A DNA stretch of 64,000 bases, from assembly GCF_028641065.1 (NCBI RefSeq), contig NC_073383.1, positions 33,790,001 through 33,854,000 on the forward strand, read 5' to 3'. Numbering within the stretch: the first letter of the stretch is position 1; every line of letters starts with the position of its first letter. The notes under the pieces are model-generated. The model searched no databases, was not told the DNA's origin, and was given only the letters and a program-made list of their open reading frames with translations. The translations under genes and the position numbers were made by a program. Origin of the DNA: Leucoraja erinacea. Taxonomy: Eukaryota. Below, in pieces: positions 12,150 to 25,125 of the stretch.

Positions 12150-15100
12150 GTATTGCTAGGTTCCTCTGTTCTACAACACTTTCAAGTGCTCTGCCTTCCA
12201 CTGTGAAAGTCCTATCCAGGTTTGACTTCCCCAATCCAACACCTTGCACTTATCTGAATTAAACTCAATTTGCTATTCCTTGGCTCATCTACCCAGCTTA
12301 TCAAGATCACACTATAGTTCTTACTAACCTCATTCACTGTCTACGATACCACATATTTTAGTATAATCTGCAAGTTTACTGCCCATGCCTTAAACCTTCT
12401 GACCCAAATTGTTAAGGAAGATGACAACTAATACTGGGCCCTGCACTGACATGATATACATCATGAATCACAGTAATCCAGGCCTAAGTTTGAGACTGAA
12501 CAAGTTCAAAATCAACATCCTCAACTTAAATAAAGGCAATTACAAAGGTATGAAGCAAAAGTTGGCTAGAATGGACAGGGGGAAAAAAGGGAAAAAAGGC
12601 AAAAATAAAATTTTGTAGATGTGAAATGGTAAATATTTAAGCAGCTATTTTATAATGCCCCATCAGAAAATAAACTGATGGGGCATTAAGAGATGAACTA
12701 TGAGTTTAACAAAAGAGATCAATTAAATATCAAATCAAAATCTAGAGCATACAAAGTGGTAAAAGACGGAGGTTTTCCTGGAACCAGAAAGAAGAGCATA
12801 ACATGTTAATAAAGAAAGAGGAAAATTAATTAATAGAATATTGGAAAGTAATACCAAAACAATCTGACAGAGTGTTTTGAAGAAGTAACCAAGGAGGTTA
12901 ATGAGGGCAGATTCGTAGTCTATAGACACTTCAACAAGACCTCCAACAAGGTTCTGTTTGCTAGGCTGTTCTGGAAGGTTAGATCAAATAGAATCCAGGG
13001 AGAACAAGAGGGTGGGTGAGGAAGGTTGTTTGTACACTAAAATAGGTGGTATTGTAGACAGTGAAGATGATTATCAAGAAATACAGCGGGATCTTGATCG
13101 GCTGGGCAAATGGGCAAGGAATGGCAAATAGAATGTGAAGCATTGTATTTTGGGAAGACAAACCAGGGCAGGACCTTCAGAGTGAACGGTTGAGGCCTGG
13201 GAAGAGTTAAAGAGTAGACGGGTCAAGAAGTACATGTTTATTAGTTTAGTTTTTTGTTTACAGATATATCATGGAAACTGGCCCATCAGGTAGGATCTAC
13301 CACGGGTGCTGTATGGAGTTTGCACATTCTCCCTGCGACCACATGGCTTTTCACCAGGTGCTCCGGTTTCCTTCCACATTCCAAAGACATGTAGGTTTGT
13401 AGGGTTAATTGGCATCTGTAAATTGTCCCAAGCGTGGAGGATAGAACTAGTGTTCATGTAATCGCTGGGTGGCGAGGACATGGTGGATGGAAGGGCCTGT
13501 TTTCACATTGTATCTCTAAATGAAACGGGGGTTTTCTTCCGGGTGTTCCGGATTCCTCCCACATGGTCACAGGGAGAACATGCAAACTCCACACAGACTG
13601 TACGCGAGGTCAGAATAGTTCGACAAAAGCAGTGCACAGGTTATATAGGGTGGTGAAGAAGGTTTTTGGTGCGATGGTCTTCACCAATCAGGAAAGGGAG
13701 TACAAAAGTTGGGAAGTTATGTTCCAGTTGTACATGACATTTTTCAGCAAGACGTCCGTCAGTACCCTCTATACCAGAAAATCCATGGACACTTGATGAT
13801 TTGGACACAGAACTGACTTACTCATAGAAGACAGTTGTGGTGGAAACGTGTTATTCAGGCTGGAGGTCTGTAACAAGTGGAGTGCTGGGAACTGTTGTTT
13901 GTGATGTATATAAACAACTTGGATGTAAACGTAGATGGGTTGGTTAGTAACTTTCCAGAGGACATCAAAATTACTGTGGTTACAGAAAAGAAGTGTGGTC
14001 AAATTATACAGCAGGATATAGATCAGCTACAGAAACGGGCAGAGAAATGATAAATGGAGATTAAACCAAGCAAATGTGAAATGTCACACTTGAGGTTGAA
14101 TGCAAAGGTAAAATATACAGTAAATGGCAGGATAAACAGAGGAATCTCAGGGTCAAAGTCCCTAGTTTTCTGAAATTTGCAACGTCGATAAGAGTGGTAA
14201 AGAAATTAAAGAGACAAATAAAATCATATGGCATTTTTATAGGACTTTGGTTAGACCGCATTTAGAGTATTGTGTGCAGTTCTGGTCAAACCATTGCTGG
14301 AAGGATATGGAGGGTTTGGAGAGGTGTAGAAGAGGTTTACTGGATTGCAACCTGGATCAGAGGATATCAGCGATAAGGAGAGGTTGGACATAATTGGATT
14401 GTTTTCACTGGATGTCTGAAGCTGAGGAGAGACCTGATAGATGTATATATAATTATGAGAAGCATAGGTGGGTAGAAAGTCAGAACCTTTTCCCCAGCGT
14501 AAAAATCTCAGAGACTATAAGGCATTGTTTTAAGGTGAGGCAAAGTTTGAAGGAGATATGCAAGCCAGGGATGGTGGTGAAGGCAGATATGATACTGGCA
14601 TTTAGTGGCTTTTGGATAGCCACATGGATATGCAGGGAATAGAGGCATACGAATCTCTGCAGGCAGAGGAGATTGGTTTAACTTGGCAACATGTTTGGCA
14701 GGAGAATAGTGGGATCGAAGGACCTGTTGATGTGGTGTATTGTTCCATGTTAAGTATTGTGGGAGCATCCGTCTTTCCACATTCTAATACTCGGGGAAAA
14801 CGTCACCCTCAGATCCCATGTAAACTTCCTACCTTGTATCCTCTTCCTTAGAAGTCCATGCCAATGGAAATAGATTCTATTTATTCTCCTCACAATTTTG
14901 TGTACCTCTGTCAGTCATTCCTCAATCTTCTGCCAATGCTCCTCCCTATTACAAAATCAACTATGGGTCCACTCTGGCGGCATTCTCTGGATTGACAGAC
15001 TTTAACCTTTGAGCAGGACAGAGTTTCATATATCCATGCTTGCGGATCACATGAAAATAGGTGGCAGGACATGAGGCAATGTGGATATTTGTCTCTGGAA

Positions 15101-15500
15101 CAAAATATAGGAATGACAGAATGGGCAAAAACCTGGCCATCAGAGTTTGTGTGGTCACACACTTTGATGAGAGGAATATAAAGGCAGCCTTTTATCCAAA
15201 TGGAGAAAGGTTGAGGAGGAGCGAAGTAATGAGCAATCTAAGTGTTATTGAATATGAAACACAAGTTAGCAGACAGGCAATGCAAGTTGGAAGGCAATAT
15301 ACATATTAATGCTCATGGCAAGTGAGGTGGAGTTTAGATATAGAGAAAGATTGTTGCAAACATACAGCATGTTGGTAAGGCCATATCTGTGGTATTGTTC
15401 AGTGTTATTCCTCTCAAAGAAAGATGTACTAGTATTGGAGACCAATAAAGAGTTTCACTTGGCCAATTCCAATGGTGAGTTTTGTCCTCTCATAAAGAGC
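12150..15500. mobile_element. Cluster of decayed CR1 fragments in both orientations, with SINEs at ~13290-13615 and a Rex1 scrap at ~13735-13800
   Basis: YKSWEVMFQLY and LVRPYL remnants; V-SINE core tgtatggagtttgcacattctcc. Confidence 0.7.
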
Positions 15501-15526
15501 AATTTAGATCTGCATCTAAAAAAACG

Positions 15527-15618
15527 GACAGCACAGTGGCATAGCTAATGGAGCTGCTACCTCACAACACCAGAGAGCTGGCTTTAACTATGCCCCAAGT
15601 GCTGTTTGTGCAGTTTGG
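15527..15618 (+). mobile_element. tRNA-derived SINE head fragment
   Basis: gcacagtggcatagctaatggagctgctacctcacaacaccagaga, similar to the head of the 46127 SINE. Confidence 0.5.
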
Positions 15619-15659
15619 AATGATTTTTTTGTTTGCGCTGCTCTTTTTGACGTACTTAC

Positions 15660-15762
15660 AGCTGCCACAACCATCACTTATCCAGTCAGGAATTGAAACT
15701 GTTGAAGCCTTATCTTCCTGCAAAGCTGTCAGTGTCAATTCAAGTTGTGCATCATGTTGTGC
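15660..15762 (-). CDS. PCNT: PCNT exon (AQHDAQLEL...PDWISDGCGS), 103 nt, phase 0/1
   Basis: Acceptor ttccctccacag; donor GCT|gtaagt; supplies the phase change needed by the next exon. Confidence 0.8.
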
Positions 15763-16236
15763 CTGTGGAGGGAAACACAAACCGTAAACATCCCTGGAAT
15801 TGTATCAATCTGGTATTCTATTCACCCTAATCATATTGGCAACAGTTTCTGACATATTAGCGGAGGAACTTAGCAAAAAAGAAAGACCTACCAACCCAAA
15901 ACGATAGACATTTTATTTATTCATTCACTTTTATGTCAACGTTACCATATACCGTCCATCCCCAACTGCTCCAGAACTGGGAAGGGAATTACCTCTTGTT
16001 AACTCACAAGAAAAATATTTTATGCCACCATCGTAAATGCATTTCATTCCACCTGACCTACCACATGTTTCCATCATTTTCTATTTTTATTTCAGACTTA
16101 CAAGATTCTGCAGTTATTTTTATTTCTGTTCATCATGTTTGAACTGGTTTAAACAGATGCTGCAATCTAAAATAACAACAGAAAACACTCAGCAGGTTTG
16201 TGGAGAGAAAACAGGATCAATATTTCAGATATATAA

Positions 16237-16604
16237 TGGAGACACAAGGAATTGCAGATGTTCAAGTCTTGAGCAAAACACAAAATGCTGGAGGAACTCA
16301 GTGGGTCAGGCAGCAACTGTGGAGGGAAATGGACAGACTATGTTTCAGGTCAGTACCATTCTTCGATGTGGTGGGAAAGAAACAGGAAAAGACACGTGTG
16401 GATATGGCAAAGCCTAGCAAAGGTTAGGTGGATACAGGTGATGGATTTTTTTGTGGCAGATGGAATAAGTGGCATAAGCCAGAGGCAAAAATGAGACAAA
16501 AGGATGTCAGGTAAAGAGGGATGAGAAGAAGTGAAATTGGAGGGATGGGATCTGGTGGAAGGGGATAAAGGTGAAATAAGTGACAGGGATGTGGAAAGAG
16601 CATA

Positions 16605-16671
<67 letters not shown>

Positions 16672-16835
16672 GGGGGGGGGGGGGGGGGGGGGGGGGAAAG
16701 AAGTGAATAGTGAATGGGGAAAACTGTGTGCACACTATGTGTGTTAGAGGGGGAAGGAGGGGAAAAGGAATAGTAGGGAGTCAGGAAACCTGAAACTGGA
16801 AAATTCAATGTTTATACCGATGGGTGGTAAGTTGG
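16237..16835 (-). mobile_element. Penelope-like element 3' fragment containing a ~90-nt poly-G run (16606-16696)
   Basis: Minus strand reads PIGINIEFSSFR (typical PLE ORF end), then a terminal repeat like the 1309 element. Confidence 0.65.
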
Positions 16836-16859
16836 TGTCAGGTTGCATCTGCACTGAGG

Positions 16860-19800
16860 ATTACACTTGGGAGCGCTGCTCCTTGGTGTAGCTCCTTTCC
16901 AACAGTGTTAAGGAACTGGGGTAGTAGCTGGACCATCTCAGCATCATCCGGGATACTTTGGATGTCATAGATGGGGTTACAGTGAGGTGGTCATGCCTAG
17001 GTTATGGCAGAAAGTAGACAGGAAGCCATCAGGAGAGGGGGAAGACAGAGAATACATGAGACCACTGGAAATATTCTCCCAAAACAGGTATGCCGCTTTG
17101 GTTACTGTTGGGCAGGGTATCGGTCAGGGGAGAGCATTCTTCTGAAGAAATGGCAGGCATGTTGGTGCAGTGTGTTTCCTGCAGGATGTGGGAAGTCAGG
17201 GACACTGTTGATGCTTCTGGAAACTAAACCTGCAGAAATTGTGTCCAGGTGCAGCTCCTGAATGAACGTGTTGGGGAACTGGAGAAGCAGCTGGATGACC
17301 TCAGGGCCATCCGGGAAAATTAGAGTTTCGTGGACAGGACCTACAGTGAGGTTGTCAGGCAAAGGACACAGAAAGAGCGAAGGTGGATGACTGGGAGAAA
17401 GGGGAGTAACCATGGAGTGCAGGAGACCCTAGTGGCAAATGAAAACAGGTGCACCCTTTTGGGAGTTGTCGGGGCAGATGACGTTTCCAGTCCAAACGGT
17501 GGACAGGTCGGTGGCTCCAATCCTAGCGATGTGACTCGACCAGCGAGACCGATATTGGGCAGAGCCATAGTGGTGGGTGACTCCATTGTCCGAGGTGCGG
17601 ACTGGAGATTCTGTGGCGGCAGGCGAGACTCGAAGATGGGATGTTGCCTCCCTGGTGCCAGGGTTCAGGATGTCATGAACCAACTTCAGAACATCCTTGA
17701 GAGAGAAGGTGAAGAGCAGGAAGTAGTTGTGCACATGGGCACAAACGACGTCGGGAAGAAGAGGAAGGAGGTTCTGTAACGTGAGTTTAGAGAGTTAAGC
17801 AGAAGACTGAAAAGCAGGACTTCTAAGTTGGTTATCTCTGGATTGGTCCCAGTACCTTGTGCTAGTGAGGGCAGGAACAGGGAGATAGAGGATCTGAATG
17901 GGTGGCTGGGGGGCTGGAGCAGGGATTTAGATTTATAGACCACTGGGATCTCTTCTGGGGTAGGGGTGACCTGTACAAAAGGGACGGGTTACACCTTAAC
18001 TGGAGGGGGATCAACGTTCTGGCAGGCAGGTTTGCTAGTGCTACACATGTGGGTGTAAACCAAATAGTGGGGGGGAGGGATTGACAAATTGGGAGTATAA
18101 AGATGGAGTTAAAGTGGAAATGAGTACAGGAAAAGTTACAAAAGACTCACCAGTTAATGGGAAGGAAAGTTCGAGAAGGGATAAGAGAGTAAGGTCAGAG
18201 CCAATAGTGCCCAATGTAAGAGGGGAGGTGAATACCGGTTAAATTGTTGTATATGAATGTGCAAAGTATAAGAAATAATGTAGATAAGCTTGAGGCTCAG
18301 TTACAAATTGGCAAGTATGATGTTGTGGGAATTACAGAGACATGGCTGCAAGAGGACCAGGGCTGGGAACTGAATATTCAAGGGTATACGTCCTATCGAA
18401 AAGACAGACAGGAGGGCAGAGGAGGTGGGGTAGCTCTGTTGGAAAGGAATGAAATTCAGTCCCTTGCAAGGGGTGACATTAAAACAGGAGATGTGGAGTC
18501 AGTATGAATAGAACTGAGGAATTGTAAGGGTAAAAAGACACTAATGGTAGCCTGGATATAGTGTGCAGGTTGAATCAAGAGTTAAAATTGGTCGCAAAAT
18601 GTCATAAAGGTAATGCTACGGTTGTTATTTCAACATGCAGGTAGATTGGGAAAATCAGGTTGGTGCTGGACCCCAAGAAAGGGAGTTTGTGGAGTTCCTC
18701 CGTCATGGATTCTTAAAGCATCTTGTACTGGAGCCTACCAGGGAGAAGGCAATTAGTGTTGTGTAATGAACCGGATTTGATAGGGAACTCGAGGTAAAGG
18801 AGCCATTAGGAGGTAGCGACCATAATATGATCAATTTTAATCTACAATTTGAGAGGGAGATTGGAAAATCGGAAGTATCAGTATTACAGTTGAACAAAGG
18901 GAGCCATGGGGGAGGAGCTGGCCAAAGTTGAAAGATACCCTGGCAGGGATGACAGTGGAACAACAATGGCAGGTATTTCTGGGAATGATACAGAAGGTGC
19001 AGGATCAGTTCATTCCAAAGAGGAAGAAAGATTCCAAGGGGAGTAAGGGGTGACCGTGGCTGATGAAGGAAGTCAAGGACAGTATAAAAATAAAAGAGTA
19101 GAAGTTTAACATAGCAAGGATGAGCGGGTGGCCAGAGGATTGGGAAGCTTTTAAAGAGCAACAAAAGGTAACTAAAAAGGGAATGCGGGGAGAAAAGATG
19201 AGGTACGAAGGTAAGCTAGCTAAGAATATAAAGGAGGATAGTAAAAGCTTCTTTAAGTATGTGAAGAGGAAAAAAATAGTTAAGACCAAAGTTGGACCCT
19301 TGAAGACTGAAAAAGGTGAATTTATTATGGGGAACAAGGATAAGTTGAACAGATACTTTGGATCCATCTTCACTAAGGAAGTCACAAACAATCTCCCTGC
19401 TATACTAGTTGCCAGAGGATCTAGGGTGATGGAGGAACTGAAGGAAATTCACATTTGGTAGGAAATGATGTTGGGTAGACTGATGGCTGATAAATCCCCA
19501 GGGCCTGATGCTCTACATCCCAGGGTACTTAAGGAAGTGGCTCTAGAAATCGTGGCCGCATTGGTGATAATTTTCCAATGTTCTATAGATGCAGGATCAG
19601 TTCCTGTGGATTGGAAGATAGCTAATGTTATCCCACTTTTTAAGAAAGGCAGGAGAGAGATAACAGGAAATTATAAACCAGTTAACCTGACCTCGTTGGT
19701 GGGGATGATGCTGGAGTCAATTATACAAGATGAAAAGCAGCACATTTGGATCGCAGTAACAGGATCGGTCCGAGTCAGCATGGATTTACGATGGGGAAAT

Positions 19801-21665
19801 CATGTTTGACTAATCTTCTGGAATTTTTTGAGGATGTAACTAGTAAAATGGACAATGGAGAGCCAGTGGATGTAGTGTACCTGGACTTTCAGAAAGCATT
19901 TGATAAGGTCCCACAAAGGAGATTAGTGGGCAAAATTAGAGTACATGGTATTGGGGGTAGGGTACTGACATGGATAGAAAATTGGTTTGCAGACAGGAAA
20001 CAAAGAGTAGGGATTAACGGGTCCCTTTCAGAATGGCAGGAAGTGACTAGTGGGGTACCGTATATTTACAATATGCATTAATGATTTCGATGAAGGGATT
20101 AAAAGTAACATTAGCAAATTTGCAGATGACACGAAGCCGGGTGGCCGTGTGAACTGTGAGGAGGGTGTTATGTGGATGCAGGGTGACTTGGACAGGTTGG
20201 GTGAGTGAGCAGATGCATGCATGGCAGATGCAGTTTAATATGGATAAATGTGAGGTTATCCACTTTGGTGGCAAAACAGGAAGGCAGATTATTATCTAAA
20301 TGGTGTCAAGTTGGGAAGAGGGGATGAACAATGAGATCTGGGGGTCCTTCTGCAGTTGTACAGGGCCCTAGTGAGACCACAACTGCAGTATGGTGTGCAG
20401 TTTTGGTCTCCAAATTTGAGGAAGGACATTCTTGCTATTGAGGGAGTGCAGCGTAGGTTCACGAGGTTAATTCCCAGGATGGCGGGACAGTCATATGTTG
20501 ATAGAATGGAGCAGCTGGGCTACTATATTCTGCAATTTAGAAGGATGAGAGGGTATCTTATTTAAACACAAAAGATTATTCAGGGTTTGGACATGCTAGA
20601 CGCAGGAAACATGTTCCCGATGTTGGGTTGGAATCCAGAACCAGGGGCCACGGTTTAAGAATAAGGGGAAAGCCATTTAGAACGGAGATGAGGAAAACCT
20701 TTTTCACACAGAGGGTTGTGAATCTGTGGAATTCTCTGCCTCAGAAGGCAGTGGAGGTCAATTCTCTGAATGCTTTCAGAGAGAGTTGGATAGAGCTCTT
20801 AAAGATAGCAGAGTCAGGGGATACGGGGAAAAGGCAGGAACAGGGTACTGAGTGTGGGTGATCAGTCATGATCACAGTGAATGGCGGTGCTGGTTCGAAG
20901 GGCCAAATGGCCTACTCCTGCACCTATTCTCCATTGTCTATTAGCAGCAGCAATCAGGTCTGTAGCATCGAACCGGGCTCTGAGGCAAAGTGGGGCAGGG
21001 TGTTGACAGGCAGAGCTATAGTGATATGAAGCTCGTTAGAAAGAAGGGCTGGCAGGAGATTCTGTGATAGCAAATATGACTGCAAAATGGTGTGTTTTCT
21101 CCTTGGTTCCTGAGTTCATATCTCAGAGCTGCTGCAGAACATTCTCAAGGGGGAGGGTGAGCAGTCGGATGTCATTGTGCACGTTGGCACAAATGATACA
21201 GGTGTGATAAGGGATGCTTCCTGTGGAATGATTACAGGGAGCTAGGCAAAAGATTAAAAAGCAGGATCTAAGGAAGTAGACTCCAGATTGCTCCGTGCCA
21301 CATACTGTTGAAGATAAAAACAGGAATTTATGACAGGTGAATTTGTGGCTGACGATTTAATGTAAGGGGCAGGAATTCAGATTTAAGGACTATTGCAATC
21401 TGGAGCTAGAGCAGAGCTGTATAAGAGGGATGAGTTGCACCTGAGCTGGGACAAACCAATATCCTGATGGACAGTTTCCTAGTGTTACTCAGGAGGGTTA
21501 AAACTAGATTGGCAAGGGGACAGGATCCAATGCCGAGTGAAGCAGGTGAGAGGCTAGAAGGTGGTAAGAAAGGTGATGAAAGCAAGTTCAGTGGACAGGA
21601 TAGGCAGGAGCATGGCAGGACTGTTAGTTTCAGATGCATTGATTTCAGTGCAAGAGGCCTTTTGA
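16860..21665 (+). mobile_element. Older CR1 ORF1 region (16860-17135 and 20943-21665) split by a younger CR1
   Basis: ORF1 remnants continue on both sides (VHVGTND and LHL motifs after 20943). Confidence 0.6.
17139..20942 (+). mobile_element. Near full-length CR1 LINE, inactivated
   Basis: ORF1 SGNH/GDSL esterase (AIVVGDSIVRG, VHMGTND); ORF2 APE (YMNVQSIRN, GITETW) and RT (KSPGPD, YLDFQKAFDKVP, FADDT); CR1 3' UTR; stops and frameshifts. Confidence 0.92.
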
Positions 21666-21776
21666 TAAAATGTAACTATTGTGCTGAGAATGTATGACAC
21701 TAGTTATATAATGCTATGATTGATTCAATCACACACACATAATAAAAGTACAACATTAAAACCGTTTGATGCCCAC

Positions 21777-22328
21777 CTTCTCTGCATTAGAATATTCAGA
21801 GAGTGAATGTGGATAATCAGATGGGGATGGAGAAGGCCGATGCCGTCTGTCTTTTGCAGAGGAAATGCTCCGATCCTCTCTATCTGTGTCTTTTTCAAGT
21901 TCCGATGATCTGCTATGTATCACCTCTATTTCTGCACTGTGAACACCGCTGATCTCAGAAATTCTGGAGTTGTGCAGGCCATTCATCCATTCCAGACTTT
22001 CCTCAAACTTCCTCATCAGCTCTGGAGAACTCAGCATGCTCCCACTCATTGTGTGGCTGTAGGCAAGTGGTCGATGTCCACCTCGACTAAGAGCCTGAGA
22101 ATCTTCATTGTAAATTGATGGGGTGGTCTGTGGCCTATCAGTCTCCGCATTGGATTGCTGCTGCAACTCAAGTCCCTGCCTCTGACATTTCTCAGTCAAG
22201 TCCTCCACTTCTTTTGTCCGATTCGCCAGTTCCTCCTCTTGCTGTAATAAGGCTTCCTGCAGTTGGTTCACCTGAATTTTAAGATTGCGGGAATGGATCT
22301 CTAAGTCAGCAATGGTGTGTTCTTTTAC
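21777..22328 (-). CDS. PCNT: PCNT exon (VKEHTIADLE...SEYSNAEK), 552 nt, phase 0/0
   Basis: Acceptor tttttatag; donor AAG|gtgggc; coiled coil followed by a Ser-rich linker. Confidence 0.84.
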
Positions 22329-22599
22329 CTATAAAAATGAAAATCAACAAATTAAAAAATAAATTAGTAGGAGAATATGCATTTGCTTGCCTATATTAAG
22401 TACTTGACCGACTCTTATAGCAAATTGTAACATTTCCATGCTGCAAATATGATCGACAGACATGGTTGCCATCAAATGTTCTGCAACTGACAAAAGTGAG
22501 CCAGCAACTGGCTTGTTAAACATAACTCACCAAAAACAATGTGAAGGGGGGGAATAAACTTTAATTCTTATCCCCTACCTGGTCACACATTTTGTTAAG

Positions 22600-23060
22600 G
22601 AGTAAGCTCCGCAGCGCTGTGGCCGGTGGGGCCGCAGCGGCGCGGTTGTAGCTCCGACCCCGGCAACTCTACCCCTGGCTGCGATGCCGGACGCCCCAGC
22701 TCCGGAATGTCGGGGGGGGGGTCGCAGCGTGGGATAAGTGTTGTGCCTTTTGAGGGTAATCGCGGATTGAAGCTTTGGCAGGGGTAAAAGCGAGACGCGT
22801 GGCAATGTTGGAAGGAGCGCTAGAGTTTAGTTTGCCCGCTCCCCGCTGGTTTAGACTCCCGACATTCTCGGAGCTGGGACGTGGCGCGCGGGCCGCGCTG
22901 GAACAGCCCCTTCAGCTCCAACCGGCGCCGCCCGCTGACGGACCTCGCCGAGGTTGGGAAGGTAGGGGACTAAGAATTAAAGTTTCCCCCTTCACCCCTC
23001 ACCACCACCCATTCGCACGAGATTCTCCCGGTCCCATGATATGCTCCATTTTCTCATCCT
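22600..23060. repeat. GC/CpG-rich unclassified interspersed element
   Basis: Abrupt CpG-rich block in an AT-rich intron; no credible ORF. Confidence 0.45.
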
Positions 23061-23090
23061 AAAAAATCTCTCTGAAATCCGAAAATGTCC

Positions 23091-23480
23091 ACTAGGGGAA
23101 CTTTACAGAGGCCAATTAATGACAGTGCTGCAAGCTGGTAAAACCAAAAACAATGCCTCACACAGCGAGTGTTGTGTTTTGTAAGTGAAGCTTTGGAGCG
23201 GCATAGAGTTTAGAAAGTGAGATAAGCCCACTGAGACCTCGCCGAACATCAAACTAGTAGGGGAACTTTACAGAGGCCAATTAATGACAGTGCTGCAGCT
23301 GGTAAAACCACTGCCTCACAGCGAGTGTGTAGGGAGCGGCATAGAAAGTGAGATAACATAGAACTAGTATGAATGGATGATCGATGGTCAGCATTGGAGT
23401 CGGCTTGTAAACTAAACCTACAAACCTGCCCATCTTTGGATTGTGGGAGGAAACTGGAGCACATGGAGGAAAATCACAAT
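23091..23480. mobile_element. SINE-in-SINE composite with a tandem partial duplication
   Basis: taggggaactttacagaggccaattaatgacagtgctgca occurs at 23093 and 23258. Confidence 0.65.
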
Positions 23481-24196
23481 TATTTTTTTAAATGTAACAC
23501 AGTTAAATACATTTCTCAGTGAACTAATCATCTTTAAAGGTTACTCTGGAAATAGGATCCAGGTGTGTTTTTAAAGGGAGCTCAAGAAACAGCGTATATA
23601 CATTAACAATTTTGGTAGGTGGAGCGGTTAGTAAGTTTGTGGATGACGTCAAAATTACTGGTGTAGTGGACGGCAAATTTTGTTTCAGGTTACAATAAGA
23701 TCTAGATCAACTGAGAAAATAAGCAAAGGAATAGCAGATGGAATTGAACATGTTTGCATTTGATGCATTTTGGTGAAGGTAAACCATGCAGGGTATACAA
23801 AGTGACAGCCATAACTGGAATATTTTCTTGGATATGTTAACTCTGTGTTAATTCTTTATAAGGTAGCCATTGTTTTGTTTATTATCGCACTCTCCCAATC
23901 TACGATAACCAACTTACCTCTTTCTCTGAACCGTTAAAATTACCTTTCCTTTTTATTTTGTTTTGTACTTAGCTAAGAGATCATAGGTCTCAGTAGGCTG
24001 TATTGATTATACATATTGATTAGCTCAGACAATGTGACCAAAGGTTTTTGTTCACGTCACAACTTGCACAACTTGTTGGTAAACTGGAATATTTTACAAA
24101 TGTAACAGCAAAGTGAATTCAACTGCAAATCACAAGAAAAATAATTGGTTTACATAGAGGAATTTAACAAGACAGTATTAGTCCTTAATCTCTCAC

Positions 24197-24355
24197 CTGT
24201 TCAGCCTCCAGCAGTTTATCTATGTTCTCTACACTAGAGTTTAATTCTTCCTTAACTGCAGAAAGATCTGCTTGCAGGGTCTCATGTTCAATATTTAGCT
24301 GGGTGATGATCATTTCCTTCTGCTGCAAGGTAGCTTCCAACTGTTTCTGTTTCTC
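24197..24355 (-). CDS. PCNT: PCNT exon (EKQKQLEATL...LLEAEQ), 159 nt, phase 0/0
   Basis: Tandem acceptor aag/cag; donor CAG|gtgaga. Confidence 0.84.
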
Positions 24356-25125
24356 CTGCTTATGGAAATAAGAAATACCCATTCCCATTAGCCATTTTGA
24401 GGGCAGAATAGCATTTTAATTTTGTGTAATTAGATTTATTGATCATTAGAACAAATTAGTTCCAATGTTTCCCCTGCAGATTAACTGGAAATATTAAGTT
24501 AGTGAAGATGTATTGAAAAAATAACAAGCATTCATTGCAGCCTGGTACGACTTGGGCAGGGGAAGGATGGAGAGAGAGGGAGTGCAGCATGAAATATACT
24601 TAAAGCATGCAATAGATTAGATGTAGAGATGATGTTCCTCTTCTTGAAGTCTAAAACAGATTCAAACAGTCAAACTAGTGATGGGTCATTCATAATGCAG
24701 TAAATCCATGGAATATTTTCTTTGAGCTGGAGTAAAGTGGAGATTCAGACTTGTACTCAAAGCTGAAACCAACAGTTTTCTGGATATTTTAGGAATCGAT
24801 GGATATGGGAATTGTGGTGGAAATAAAATCGGGTTAGCAGCCACAATCTTGTTGAATGGTGTTCTACGTTCGAGAATTGAATGGGAAACTGTCACATAGG
24901 AAATAATCCTATATCTTTTAACTCTTCAGTTCTTGCTCTGATGAAAAATGGAGATTTAGAACTTTTGCGGGATGTAATATTATGTACTGGAGTAACTACG
25001 TGCATTACCTCACTTACATAAAGTATTACATATTAAACATATTCTAGATAGTGCAAATCTTCACTCTGAAAGTACCCACCATAAATGTTTGTCAGTACTC
25101 TCAGGGGAAGTAGAAATGGACTCAC

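Noticed and set aside
16350-16808. Polyproline ORFs
   Set aside because: They are translations of a ~90-nt poly-G run within a Penelope fragment; the run length may itself be a sequencing artefact.
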